From Candidatus Multivoradales bacterium (lineage in GTDB: Bacteria > Acidobacteriota > Thermoanaerobaculia > Multivoradales > Multivoraceae), in assembly GCA_965223325.1 (NCBI GenBank), contig CBDCWI010000001.1:896001-960000 (forward strand): a stretch of DNA of 64,000 bases, in the 5' to 3' direction. Position 1 is the first letter of the stretch; every line of letters starts with the position of its first letter. Position numbers and translations under genes: made by a program. The notes under the pieces were generated by a model. That model made no database searches. It was not told the origin of the DNA and saw nothing but the letters and a program-made list of their open reading frames with translations. Positions 48,389 to 57,161 of the stretch are shown one piece after another.

Positions 48389-49369
48389 TCACGCCGTGAC
48401 GCGACAAGCCTGGATCTCTTTGGTGAGGATCTCAGGTACCTGTTCGTGTACCTCGGGTGCGACCCTGAAGGTGGTCATGATCGAAAGCACGTCGAGGTCT
48501 TCTGGCACGACTTCGGAACGCCCTTCGATCAGCGCCCGGCCGCGCAGGAGTTTCACCGCCTTGACCAGAAAGGAGCGGTCGGTGAGGAGCGAATTCGACT
48601 CGTTGCAGTCGTGGTCGACAACCAGTGTCCGAAGGATGCGCAAGAGGCCGGCGCGTACCGCCTCGGGAACCACGATGTCCTGCAGTTCGGCGTACAGGCC
48701 GTCGAGCTCAGTGCGTGAAATCACCGGCTCCGGTTCGGGCTGCTCGACCACCTCGCCCGAGGCGAAGCGGTCGATGAGCTCGCGTGCGTGGGCCTCGTTT
48801 CCTGACTGAATGAGGCCACGGACTTTGAGCTGAATGGCAAAGCGGTCGACGTTCGCCGGATCGAGAGGCTCGTTGTAGTACTCGTCATCCATCGGGTTGC
48901 CGGTGGCAATCGCCGAGAGTAGCGGGATTGGCCGTTCGCCGAAGCGCCGCTCGTTGAGAATCCGCAGCAGCACGTTGAGCGCCTCTCCAGGCGCCCGTGA
49001 AATGTCGTCGAGGACACAGACTTCGGCGGTCAAGATACCGCCCGGATCGATGCGCTGGTGAATGCGCTCCCCTTCGCCTTCAGCCAGTTCGCGGCGTTCG
49101 AGAACGACGTCACCCACCAGCTCTGCCAGGCGGGTGTCGCGATGCAGCTGGTAGAAGAAGAAGCCGAGCCGCGCGCCCTGGGCGGTGATCTCAGCCAGGC
49201 GCGTCTTGGCAATGCCCGGCGGACCCTCGAGATAGACGTGCTCACGACTGACGAGGCCCAGCATGAGAGCGTCTTTTACATCGCGGTGCCCGACCACGTG
49301 CCGGTCGAGGAGCGCGGAAAGGGCAGACAGGGCTTGCTGGGACACGTTGGCGAACTCCGTTGGAAGCAA
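48389..49369 (-). CDS. MoxR/RavA-like AAA+ ATPase
   Basis: Walker A GPPGIAKT, Walker B-like CVLDDISRA, LNVLLRILNER, ATGN, DRF, RavA-like lid LTDRSF. Confidence 0.85.
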   Translation of the reverse strand: MLPTEFANVSQQALSALSALLDRHVVGHRDVKDALMLGLVSREHVYLEGPPGIAKTRLAEITAQGARLGFFFYQLHRDTRLAELVGDVVLERRELAEGEGERIHQRIDPGGILTAEVCVLDDISRAPGEALNVLLRILNERRFGERPIPLLSAIATGNPMDDEYYNEPLDPANVDRFAIQLKVRGLIQSGNEAHARELIDRFASGEVVEQPEPEPVISRTELDGLYAELQDIVVPEAVRAGLLRILRTLVVDHDCNESNSLLTDRSFLVKAVKLLRGRALIEGRSEVVPEDLDVLSIMTTFRVAPEVHEQVPEILTKEIQACRVTA

Positions 49370-49429
49370 ACAGTGAACAGGCTAGGGGCCTCAGGGGGCC
49401 GGGGCCAAGGCGGCGGGCAGGATAGCAGG

Positions 49430-51331
49430 CTAGCGTTCCTCGACGGCCAGCTGACCGCGATGATCGGGCCGCGCCTGAAAGCGTAGGCCACCGGTCTCTC
49501 TGGAAAGATCATCGAGTACCGGAGGGCACTCGCCAGAACCGAGGAACACCGTGTGCAGGGCGACGCCGAGACGCTTGGCCTCGGCCCTCTCACGACGCAC
49601 ACTCGGATCGCCAATGATCGGCAGACCGTCGGTGAGCATCACGACGTGGCGGTTGCGCCCCATTCCACCGCGCAACGCCTCGATGGCGACGCGCAGCGGG
49701 TCTTCGTAGTTGGTCTGGCCGAGCGTACGGGCCGTACCGGCGAGCTCGTAGAGTCGCCGGTACGATCGGTGCAGAAGGCGACCACCGACGAGGTGATCGA
49801 TCGCCTTGTGATGAAACTCAACGTAGCCGACCCGCATACGGCGACGCCCGGCGACCCGCACGACCCCCGCGACGACTTCGCCGGCCCACTCCGCCAGTGT
49901 GCCCGCCATCGAGGCTGAGATGTCGCGTAGAACCACGATCGCACCGCCGGCGTTCTGCCGCTTGCGATCGTAGGTACGGGGTGATCCGGGCAAACGGCCC
50001 TCGGCGTAGAGCATCGCTTCGACCAGGTCTCCGTCCAACAGGTCGTCGAGACGACGCAGCGGGCGATAGGCGCGCGGCTGACCACCCGGGTCACTGTCGG
50101 GCTCGATGCGGCCGCGCTCAATACGCCCGACGAGTGCCTTCATCAGACGCTCGACCTGTGCCGGCTGAGTCAACACCCGGCGTTCGGGGTCGGGCTGGTA
50201 GATCTCGTCTTCCGAGTCGAGCACCGCAGCGGTACTCTGGGCGTCACTGGCGACCCCTTCGCCGGACATTGCCGGCCCGGCAATGGTCTCTGAACCAGAG
50301 ACCGCGACCTGGACCTGCTCGTCGCCGGCCTCGCCGAGCAACTCTTCGATCGCATCTTCGAGCTCTTGTAGGAGCTCGCTCGGAATCCGACGGGCCGCCA
50401 TGTAGCGAATCGCGCGCAAGTCTCGCGCGCTGACACACGGCGCGTTGCGAAGCGTCGCGTGCGCCCTGACGATGCGCCAGACCACGACCCCGAAGGTGCG
50501 GTCAGATAAGAGGGCGTCGTCTTCGCGCGACAGGCGCGCGCGCATGCGGCTGAGCAGGTCGGCGTAGCCGTCGCGCACCGACTGTGGAATCGCCAGGCTT
50601 GCTGCACGCTCCTGGAGCGCCTTCCTCACCGCCGATGTGAGCGCCAGCGGGGCGCCATCCTCGTCGAGGAAGGGCTGCTCGGAAAGTGCCGGCGTTTGAC
50701 GAGCGGCGCGATCGAGCACCAGGCGTGCCTCGCGAAACCGGCGCCCGGTGAGCAGGCCGGGCATTCGAACCTGAATCGCGAAGCGATCGAGCTGACTGGG
50801 TTCGAGCGGATCGACCGGTGTGTCTTCTCCTTCCTCATCGGGTGGCCCGGTGGCGACCGCCGTCTCGAGCGGCAGATCGGCACCGAGCGCACGGCGCGCA
50901 GCGAGGATCCGCAAAAGAGGGCCTAGCGCCTCTCCGGGGGCGCGCGGAAGATCCTCGAGGATGGCCACCTCGGCCTCGAGCAGGGGCCCCGGCACGACAT
51001 CACGGCGCAGGATCTCGAGCCGGCCGCGGCGCTCGCGACGGAGAACCGCGTCGCCCAGCAGGTCAACCTCGCGAATGTCGCGATGGAAGGGCACCACCTC
51101 CACACGAGCTCCAGAGAGCTTCGCCAGAGTCTCGGCGAGCAGTGACTTACCGACTCCCGGCGGACCCTCGAGGTAGGCGTGCTCCTTGGCCAGGAGCGCC
51201 AACATCACCCCGACCTTGGCATCTTGCTGGCCGACGAGGACTCGATCGAGACCTCGGCGCACCCGCACGAGGCCGTCGAAGAGCGCGTCTTCTGTGGCTC
51301 TTGCAGTCACGAGCAAAGGGCGCCGAAGCAC
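49430..51331 (-). CDS. MoxR/RavA-like AAA+ domain fused to a C-terminal VWA domain
   Basis: Walker A GPPGVGKS, degenerate Walker B AILEDLPRA, LDRFAIQ; acidic linker; MIDAS DISASM, GQTNY, LTDG. Confidence 0.82.
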   Translation of the reverse strand: MLRRPLLVTARATEDALFDGLVRVRRGLDRVLVGQQDAKVGVMLALLAKEHAYLEGPPGVGKSLLAETLAKLSGARVEVVPFHRDIREVDLLGDAVLRRERRGRLEILRRDVVPGPLLEAEVAILEDLPRAPGEALGPLLRILAARRALGADLPLETAVATGPPDEEGEDTPVDPLEPSQLDRFAIQVRMPGLLTGRRFREARLVLDRAARQTPALSEQPFLDEDGAPLALTSAVRKALQERAASLAIPQSVRDGYADLLSRMRARLSREDDALLSDRTFGVVVWRIVRAHATLRNAPCVSARDLRAIRYMAARRIPSELLQELEDAIEELLGEAGDEQVQVAVSGSETIAGPAMSGEGVASDAQSTAAVLDSEDEIYQPDPERRVLTQPAQVERLMKALVGRIERGRIEPDSDPGGQPRAYRPLRRLDDLLDGDLVEAMLYAEGRLPGSPRTYDRKRQNAGGAIVVLRDISASMAGTLAEWAGEVVAGVVRVAGRRRMRVGYVEFHHKAIDHLVGGRLLHRSYRRLYELAGTARTLGQTNYEDPLRVAIEALRGGMGRNRHVVMLTDGLPIIGDPSVRRERAEAKRLGVALHTVFLGSGECPPVLDDLSRETGGLRFQARPDHRGQLAVEER

Positions 51332-51402
51332 CGCCTGAGGGTCGGATCGGACATCGCCCGCAGGATACCGTCATTCACCGGCGCTCATCGGGGCTTTGAC
51401 CC

Positions 51403-53139
51403 TCAAGTCGCTTCGGCGAGCGCACAGCGACGGGCATCGCCGCACGCCGAGCGCCGGCCAGTCTCTGGATCGATGTAGATGCCCTCGAACGAACCCATAC
51501 CGAAGTTCTTCGGATTCACCACCTTGGCGCCCAGGCCACGTTCGTTGGCGGCTTCGAGGGTCGCGGTTGGAAAGTCCGCCTCGACCGCGGAAAACATGCC
51601 GCCTCCGGCCGAGTAGGCGTTGCCGAAGCGCGGCAGGTTGATCGAGGTTTCGATGTCGAGACCACAGTCGAGCAGGTTGGTTGTGTTCTGCACAATGTTC
51701 TGCAGCAGGCTGCCGCTGGGCGAGCCCGACACGATGATCGGCTTTCCGCCAGACATCACCATGTTGGGGGCGACATAGACGGTGGCGCGCTCGCCGGCTT
51801 CGGGCATGACACGGAAGAAGTGCGCTCCGGTGGCAAAGACGGCGACGCCATTGGCGAACAAACCGTTGCTCCACGGCAGCGACATGCACGAGTGCAGGAT
51901 GGTCGCCGCATTGCCATCCTTATCCACCGCACTGACGTGACAGCTACCGGGAAGAGGAGCCGGTTCAGTACTCGCCGGAGCGTCCATCTGCAGCAGGCGA
52001 AAGCGCGTCTCGGCGTACTCTTTCGAAGTGATCATCTCGAGCGGCACGTCGTGGTACTTGGGGTCGCGATGTTTGCCACCGTCGGCGAACACCTGCTGGC
52101 AGATGCGCGCCATCTGCCAGAGCAGTTCCGGAGACTCCGGCACTGGCCCGAGCTCAGCTACGTCGAGGAACTCGAGCATCTGCAGGATCTCGATCAGGTG
52201 CGTGCCACCGTTGTCGGGCAATGGTGAACCCACCAACTGGTAGCCGCGATAGGAGCCGGTGGCTGGCTCGTCGAATCGGACATCGTAGCGCTCAAAGTCT
52301 TCGCGCGTCATGACGCCGCCGGCGGCCTGCACGGCATCACAGTGGTGCTTGGCAAAATCGCCGCGGTAGAAGTAGTCGTTTCCTTCCTCCACCAGGCGTT
52401 CGAGCGTGCGCGCGGCTTCTTTCTGGAAGAGCGTGGCGCCCGGGTCGACCAGAGCGCCGTCGCGGAAAAAGACCTCGCGACCCTGCTCGCTCTTGCCCAG
52501 GGTGTTGGCCATGGTGAACATCTCACCGTAGAGAAACGGGTGCACTTCGAAACCGTCGCGTGCATAGGCGATCGCTGCCGCGCATAGCTCTCGCGACGAC
52601 TTCGTACCATGACGTTCGCGCGACGCCTCGTAGCCCGCCCAGAAGCCCGGCACGCCACAGCCCAGACCGGTCGCCGTGGCATCCGGACCCCAGCCATCGA
52701 GATCTGCAAGCGGCCGATTCATGCCGCCATTGACGTAGCTCGACTTGCCCGTCGCCGTATCGAAATAGAGCATGCTGAGGACACCGGTGATGCCGGTCAT
52801 GTGCGGTTCAACCACCGTCTGGGTAATCGAGGCCGCCAGCGCCGCGTCGGCCGCGTTGCCACCGGCGCGCAGGATGTCGGAGCCAGCGCGCGTCGCCAGG
52901 GGATGCGCCGAGATCACCATGCCGCCGTCACCCTGCGCGAGCTCCTTGCGACCGAAGACCGCCTTGGCGATCAGGCGCTTGCGCTCCTCGTCGTCGACCG
53001 AACCCGGGGTGCCACCGCGGCTGTCTGCGGTGGGCCGAAAAAGGGTACCGGCGCTCGGATGGCCTACGCCCGCCGCGACGCCCGTCGCTCCCAGTCCGAG
53101 CAGACTGCCTTCGATGAAATGTCGACGATTGAGGGACAT
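51403..53139 (-). CDS. Tat-exported gamma-glutamyltransferase-family (Ntn) hydrolase, divergent
   Basis: Twin-arginine signal LNRRHFI; HPLAT..GGNAADAA, VEPHMTGITG, GVPG, FYRGDFA, SCHVSAVDKDGN, DARR. Confidence 0.87.
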   Translation of the reverse strand: MSLNRRHFIEGSLLGLGATGVAAGVGHPSAGTLFRPTADSRGGTPGSVDDEERKRLIAKAVFGRKELAQGDGGMVISAHPLATRAGSDILRAGGNAADAALAASITQTVVEPHMTGITGVLSMLYFDTATGKSSYVNGGMNRPLADLDGWGPDATATGLGCGVPGFWAGYEASRERHGTKSSRELCAAAIAYARDGFEVHPFLYGEMFTMANTLGKSEQGREVFFRDGALVDPGATLFQKEAARTLERLVEEGNDYFYRGDFAKHHCDAVQAAGGVMTREDFERYDVRFDEPATGSYRGYQLVGSPLPDNGGTHLIEILQMLEFLDVAELGPVPESPELLWQMARICQQVFADGGKHRDPKYHDVPLEMITSKEYAETRFRLLQMDAPASTEPAPLPGSCHVSAVDKDGNAATILHSCMSLPWSNGLFANGVAVFATGAHFFRVMPEAGERATVYVAPNMVMSGGKPIIVSGSPSGSLLQNIVQNTTNLLDCGLDIETSINLPRFGNAYSAGGGMFSAVEADFPTATLEAANERGLGAKVVNPKNFGMGSFEGIYIDPETGRRSACGDARRCALAEAT

Positions 53140-53247
53140 GACACAAGACCTCTTTGAATGAACGTTGAGGAAGGGTGATTGTGGTGCAGGCTCCAAGATA
53201 GCGCAGCGGCCAGAAACCCTTGGGGGGTCCGGTCGGAAGGGAACCCC

Positions 53248-55494
53248 CTAGCGCGAGAACAGGTAGGTGAACTTCACCACCACCTGATCACCGGTGGTTT
53301 CGGTGTGCGACAACGACGTCGCCTGCCAGGCCTTGTTGTAGACGACGAAGAGATCGGCCCCCGGCCGATAGATCCAGTTGTAGCGCAGGTTGAGGCCGAG
53401 GACCTCTGCCGAGTCGCTCCACTGTACGAAGGCGTCGACGCGCTGGTTGGGGTTGAAGCTGAGGGCACCGCGCAAGCTCAGAACCTCGGTGGTGAAGGAA
53501 GCGCCAGGGAGCTCGATCTCCGTCCACGAACGGTTGAGCGACAACTGCAGAAACTTGTTCGGGCGATAGGTGGCGCCCGCCGACAGGTCACGCCGGTCGC
53601 CGTCGAAGAAGCCACCCGCGCCGCCGTGCAGTTGCCAGAAGAACTTCTTCTGACTGGGACTCCAATAGAAGAAGCTCCACCTGGTGTCGAAGTCGTAGCG
53701 CCCGGGATCGATGGTCACCCCGGGTCTGATCTCGAAGGGTTCGAAAAGACGTTCGGTTGTCTCTTCGGCCCAGATGAAGAACGAGCTTCCGCCAAACGTC
53801 TCGAAGCCGATCAGATCACCCGACAGCTGACGACTTTCCATCACCCCTGAGCTCTCTTGGGCGATGTGTTTGAAGGTGTATCCCATCTGCAGGTTGCGGA
53901 TGCCGAAGCGCTCGATGCGGGTGCGGATCTGTGCTCGGGGTTTGACGAAACGAAAATCTCTGCGCAGAAGAAACCCCATCCCCGGGTCGTAAGAGTCATC
54001 CACTTCGAGCCCTTCCAGACCGATCGACCAGGTGTCGGCCTCGTAGTTGGCTTCAAAACCCGTAGCCGTCCCATCCGCCCGCTGTCGGTCGCCTGAAGCG
54101 CCTGGACGATCGCGGCTCTCTGAAACAAAGCCACGCAAACCGAGTCGCCGCGTCGGGTTGAAGGTCGCATCGAGGCCGACGACCCGGTTGCTGGCACCGT
54201 CGTCGTAACGGCGCTCGGTGGCGATAAGGCCTATGTTCGAGCGCGTTCCGAGATTGCGCACGACGCGCGCGACACCGAACTCGGTCGACTCCCGGGCGCC
54301 GTCGTCGGCTCTGGTCACAACACCGAGAGCGCCAACGCTCCAATGGTTGCCGACTCGTCCGGTCAGGCGCGTTCCAAAGCGGATTGGAATCGCCTGCCCA
54401 TTGGAATCGAGACCGATGCGGCGCGAGAAGAAGACCTTCATGAGCACTGGGTCGAAGTCGAATTGACGCTTGACTGGGCCGAACTCGAACAGCCCGGCGT
54501 TCTCGAGGAAGAACTCGCGCTTCTCAGGTAGAAACAGCGGAAAGCGCGTCAGGTTGACACGCTGCTCGTCGACTTCGACCTCGGCAAAATCGGTGTTGAC
54601 GGTGAGATCGACCGACAGGTTGCGGGTCGGCCCCCACTTCGCGTCAACACCGAACTCGGCATCGCTGGTGGTGTCGCCGGTCCCGCCCGCCCGTACCCGC
54701 GTGTTGGACAGGTCAGCGGTCACAAAAGGTTTCACTTGCAGCTGTTGGCTCGGCCGCAGATCGCGCAGACCGGTGAGGGTGCCGGCGAGTGAGATTCGCA
54801 TCTCGTCGGCGTCGCGACCGGTTGGAGACCATACGTCCTGTTCGGACTTCGCTGCCACTCGGCGCACGATCTGCAGCCCCCAGGTCGTCTGTGCGGGATC
54901 GAAGCGCAGGGTCGAGAAGGGAATCTCGATCTCGGCAGTAAAGCCGCGCGGACTGCGTTTCGCAGCCACCCGCCAGATTCCGTCCCACTCGGAGTTGACG
55001 TCGCGCCCCTCGTCGGTCACCAGAAGATCCCGGCGGGCTCCATTGCCGTTGGTCTCGAAAACGTAGGCGTTGCGGCGGTCATGGAACGTGTCGAGAATGA
55101 TCGCCACCGAGTCGTCGCCGGCCAACAGGGCGTCGCGCGCCTGCTGGCGAGCGATCAGGTTTTCTGCCGCGGCAACGATCGCGATGTAGAGGTGCGCGTC
55201 TCCGAGTACGAAACGGAGGGCGGTGTTCTCGGTCGCCGGCTCACCCTCGTACGGTTCGCGCTGTTTGAAGTCCCTGGCAACGCCGGCGCGCTGCCAGACA
55301 GCTTCGTCGAGGACTCCGTCGAGGCGGATCGCCTCATCTCCCTCGAGCGTGACGGCGGCCACCGTCGGCCGAGCGGCGGCCCCTTGCGAGAAGCCCGGCT
55401 CTGAGCCGACCAGGGCGAGCGCGAGAAGGCCGGCGAGAAGAGTCCGGTCGCTCGCCCGGCGACACCCCAGGCGCTTTGGGTGATCGATCTGCAT
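53248..55494 (-). CDS. CBM9-like/DOMON domain + DUF5916 outer-membrane beta-barrel protein
   Basis: IRLDGVLDEAVW, AEIEIPFSTLRF, NTDFAEVEVD..NLTRFPLFLPEKREFFLEN, FFSRRIG, C-terminal KFTYLF. Confidence 0.85.
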   Translation of the reverse strand: MQIDHPKRLGCRRASDRTLLAGLLALALVGSEPGFSQGAAARPTVAAVTLEGDEAIRLDGVLDEAVWQRAGVARDFKQREPYEGEPATENTALRFVLGDAHLYIAIVAAAENLIARQQARDALLAGDDSVAIILDTFHDRRNAYVFETNGNGARRDLLVTDEGRDVNSEWDGIWRVAAKRSPRGFTAEIEIPFSTLRFDPAQTTWGLQIVRRVAAKSEQDVWSPTGRDADEMRISLAGTLTGLRDLRPSQQLQVKPFVTADLSNTRVRAGGTGDTTSDAEFGVDAKWGPTRNLSVDLTVNTDFAEVEVDEQRVNLTRFPLFLPEKREFFLENAGLFEFGPVKRQFDFDPVLMKVFFSRRIGLDSNGQAIPIRFGTRLTGRVGNHWSVGALGVVTRADDGARESTEFGVARVVRNLGTRSNIGLIATERRYDDGASNRVVGLDATFNPTRRLGLRGFVSESRDRPGASGDRQRADGTATGFEANYEADTWSIGLEGLEVDDSYDPGMGFLLRRDFRFVKPRAQIRTRIERFGIRNLQMGYTFKHIAQESSGVMESRQLSGDLIGFETFGGSSFFIWAEETTERLFEPFEIRPGVTIDPGRYDFDTRWSFFYWSPSQKKFFWQLHGGAGGFFDGDRRDLSAGATYRPNKFLQLSLNRSWTEIELPGASFTTEVLSLRGALSFNPNQRVDAFVQWSDSAEVLGLNLRYNWIYRPGADLFVVYNKAWQATSLSHTETTGDQVVVKFTYLFSR

Positions 55495-55577
55495 GGTTCC
55501 TGGGGCCCTAGGCAACACGGCCAAGTCTGCGCGCGGCCGAATCTACCCGAAGCGAGGCTCGGCCCTGGAGGCCTCTT

Positions 55578-56090
55578 CTAGGGCACAAACGGCTCTGCCG
55601 AATCGATGTCGTAGAGCTCGAGCTTCATGTCGGCTCCCTTACCGCGTCGTAACATACGCTTTCCGTGTCGTGGAAAATCAGCGATCTCGACGGCGAGGCT
55701 CTCGCCACCCATGAGGTAGACGAGATCCTCGTCACCCGCGTTCTTCAGGTTGTGGGCAACAGAGGGAGTGGGAAAACCCATGAAGTCTCCGGCACCGACC
55801 GCGAACTCCTGGTCGTCGATTTCAGCGATTCCACTGCCCGAGAGAATGTAGATCCACTCCTCCTCGCGCTCGTGCGAGTGGAAGGCGAAGGACACTTTGC
55901 CCGGCGGAACGCGGGCGATCGAAACGCCGGTGCGCGATAGCCCCGCCAGGCGACTGAGCCCGGTGATGAACACGTGGGACTCGGGTTCGAAGGGGTGCGA
56001 GAACTCGTGCTCACTTCGCCCGGGCGCGCCGGTCTGGACCAGTGGACTTGGCCGGTTCTCCTCTACCTTCGTTGCTTCTTCGTCACTCAT
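55578..56090 (-). CDS. Cupin domain protein
   Basis: HSHEREEEWIYILSG and GDFMGFP..AHNLKN cupin motifs. Confidence 0.85.
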   Translation of the reverse strand: MSDEEATKVEENRPSPLVQTGAPGRSEHEFSHPFEPESHVFITGLSRLAGLSRTGVSIARVPPGKVSFAFHSHEREEEWIYILSGSGIAEIDDQEFAVGAGDFMGFPTPSVAHNLKNAGDEDLVYLMGGESLAVEIADFPRHGKRMLRRGKGADMKLELYDIDSAEPFVP

Positions 56091-56114
56091 CGTCTGCTCC
56101 AATCGTCTCGTGGA

Positions 56115-57161
56115 TCAAAACCGGCCGGGGCCACCCGCCTGGGGACGGGATTTCATAACCTTCCTGGCCAGTCCTCCCAGACCTCCGTACCAGCGGGACC
56201 GCCAGGCGTCGATGAGCGCCGCAACGACGATCACGCTGCCGGTGACGACACGCTTGGTTGGCTCACTCGACCCCACCGAGGCGAGCCCGGTTTGCAGAAC
56301 CGCGATGATCAAAACACCAATGAAGGTGTTGATCACCGAACCACGCCCGCCCATCAGACTCGTTCCACCGATGACCGCCGCGGCAATCGCCGCCAGCTCG
56401 AGGCCAACCGCTGCGTTCGGGTCGGCGCTCGACAGGCGACTCGTTTGCATGAGCGCGCCCAGGCCACAGAGTAGTCCAGAAATCCCGAACACCGCGATGC
56501 GATAGGGGCGGGCGTCGATGCCCGACATCTTGACCGCTTCTTCGTTGGTACCGATGGCAACGAGGTAGCGACCGAGAACGGTGCGCTCGAGCACCAGCTG
56601 GGCCACCACCACGACCGCCACCGCCACCAGGAAAGACGGTGACAGGCGAAGCCCGGGTAGGGGCTCGCCGAGCCAGGAAATCTCGGAACCGATGTACTTC
56701 GTCTGCGAGTCGGTCACCAGAAACGCTCCGCCCCGCGCCACCTCGAGCATGCCCAGGGTGACGATGAACGACGGCAGGCGTGCCAGCACGGTGATCGAAC
56801 CGCTCACCAGCCCGCAGACCAGACCAACCAGAAGGGCGAGGGTCGCGGCGCTTGCCAGTGACCAACCGGAGTCGACCATCAACGCCCCGGTGACCGCAGC
56901 GCAGAACGCCAGGACCGAACCTACCGAAAGGTCGATTCCGGCGGCGATGAGAACCAGGGTCATGCCGACCGCGACCACCGTCAGGTCGGGAATCTGATTG
57001 GCAATCGACACCAGCGTCCGGGCTGAGAGAAAACTCTCACTCTGGCTGCCGAAAAGGAGAACCAGAAGCACCAGCGCCGCTAGGAGACCCAGGAGATCGG
57101 CAGCGAATCGCGTTCGTCGCCGGTCGACGGTCGGAAGGCTGGCGTCCAGGTCGGCGCTCAT
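56115..57161 (-). CDS. rbsC: Ribose-type sugar ABC transporter permease
   Basis: GIDLSVGS, LPSFIVTLG, AIGTNEEAVKMSGI, ELAAIAAAVIGGTSLMGGRG. Confidence 0.88.
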   Translation of the reverse strand: MSADLDASLPTVDRRRTRFAADLLGLLAALVLLVLLFGSQSESFLSARTLVSIANQIPDLTVVAVGMTLVLIAAGIDLSVGSVLAFCAAVTGALMVDSGWSLASAATLALLVGLVCGLVSGSITVLARLPSFIVTLGMLEVARGGAFLVTDSQTKYIGSEISWLGEPLPGLRLSPSFLVAVAVVVVAQLVLERTVLGRYLVAIGTNEEAVKMSGIDARPYRIAVFGISGLLCGLGALMQTSRLSSADPNAAVGLELAAIAAAVIGGTSLMGGRGSVINTFIGVLIIAVLQTGLASVGSSEPTKRVVTGSVIVVAALIDAWRSRWYGGLGGLARKVMKSRPQAGGPGRF

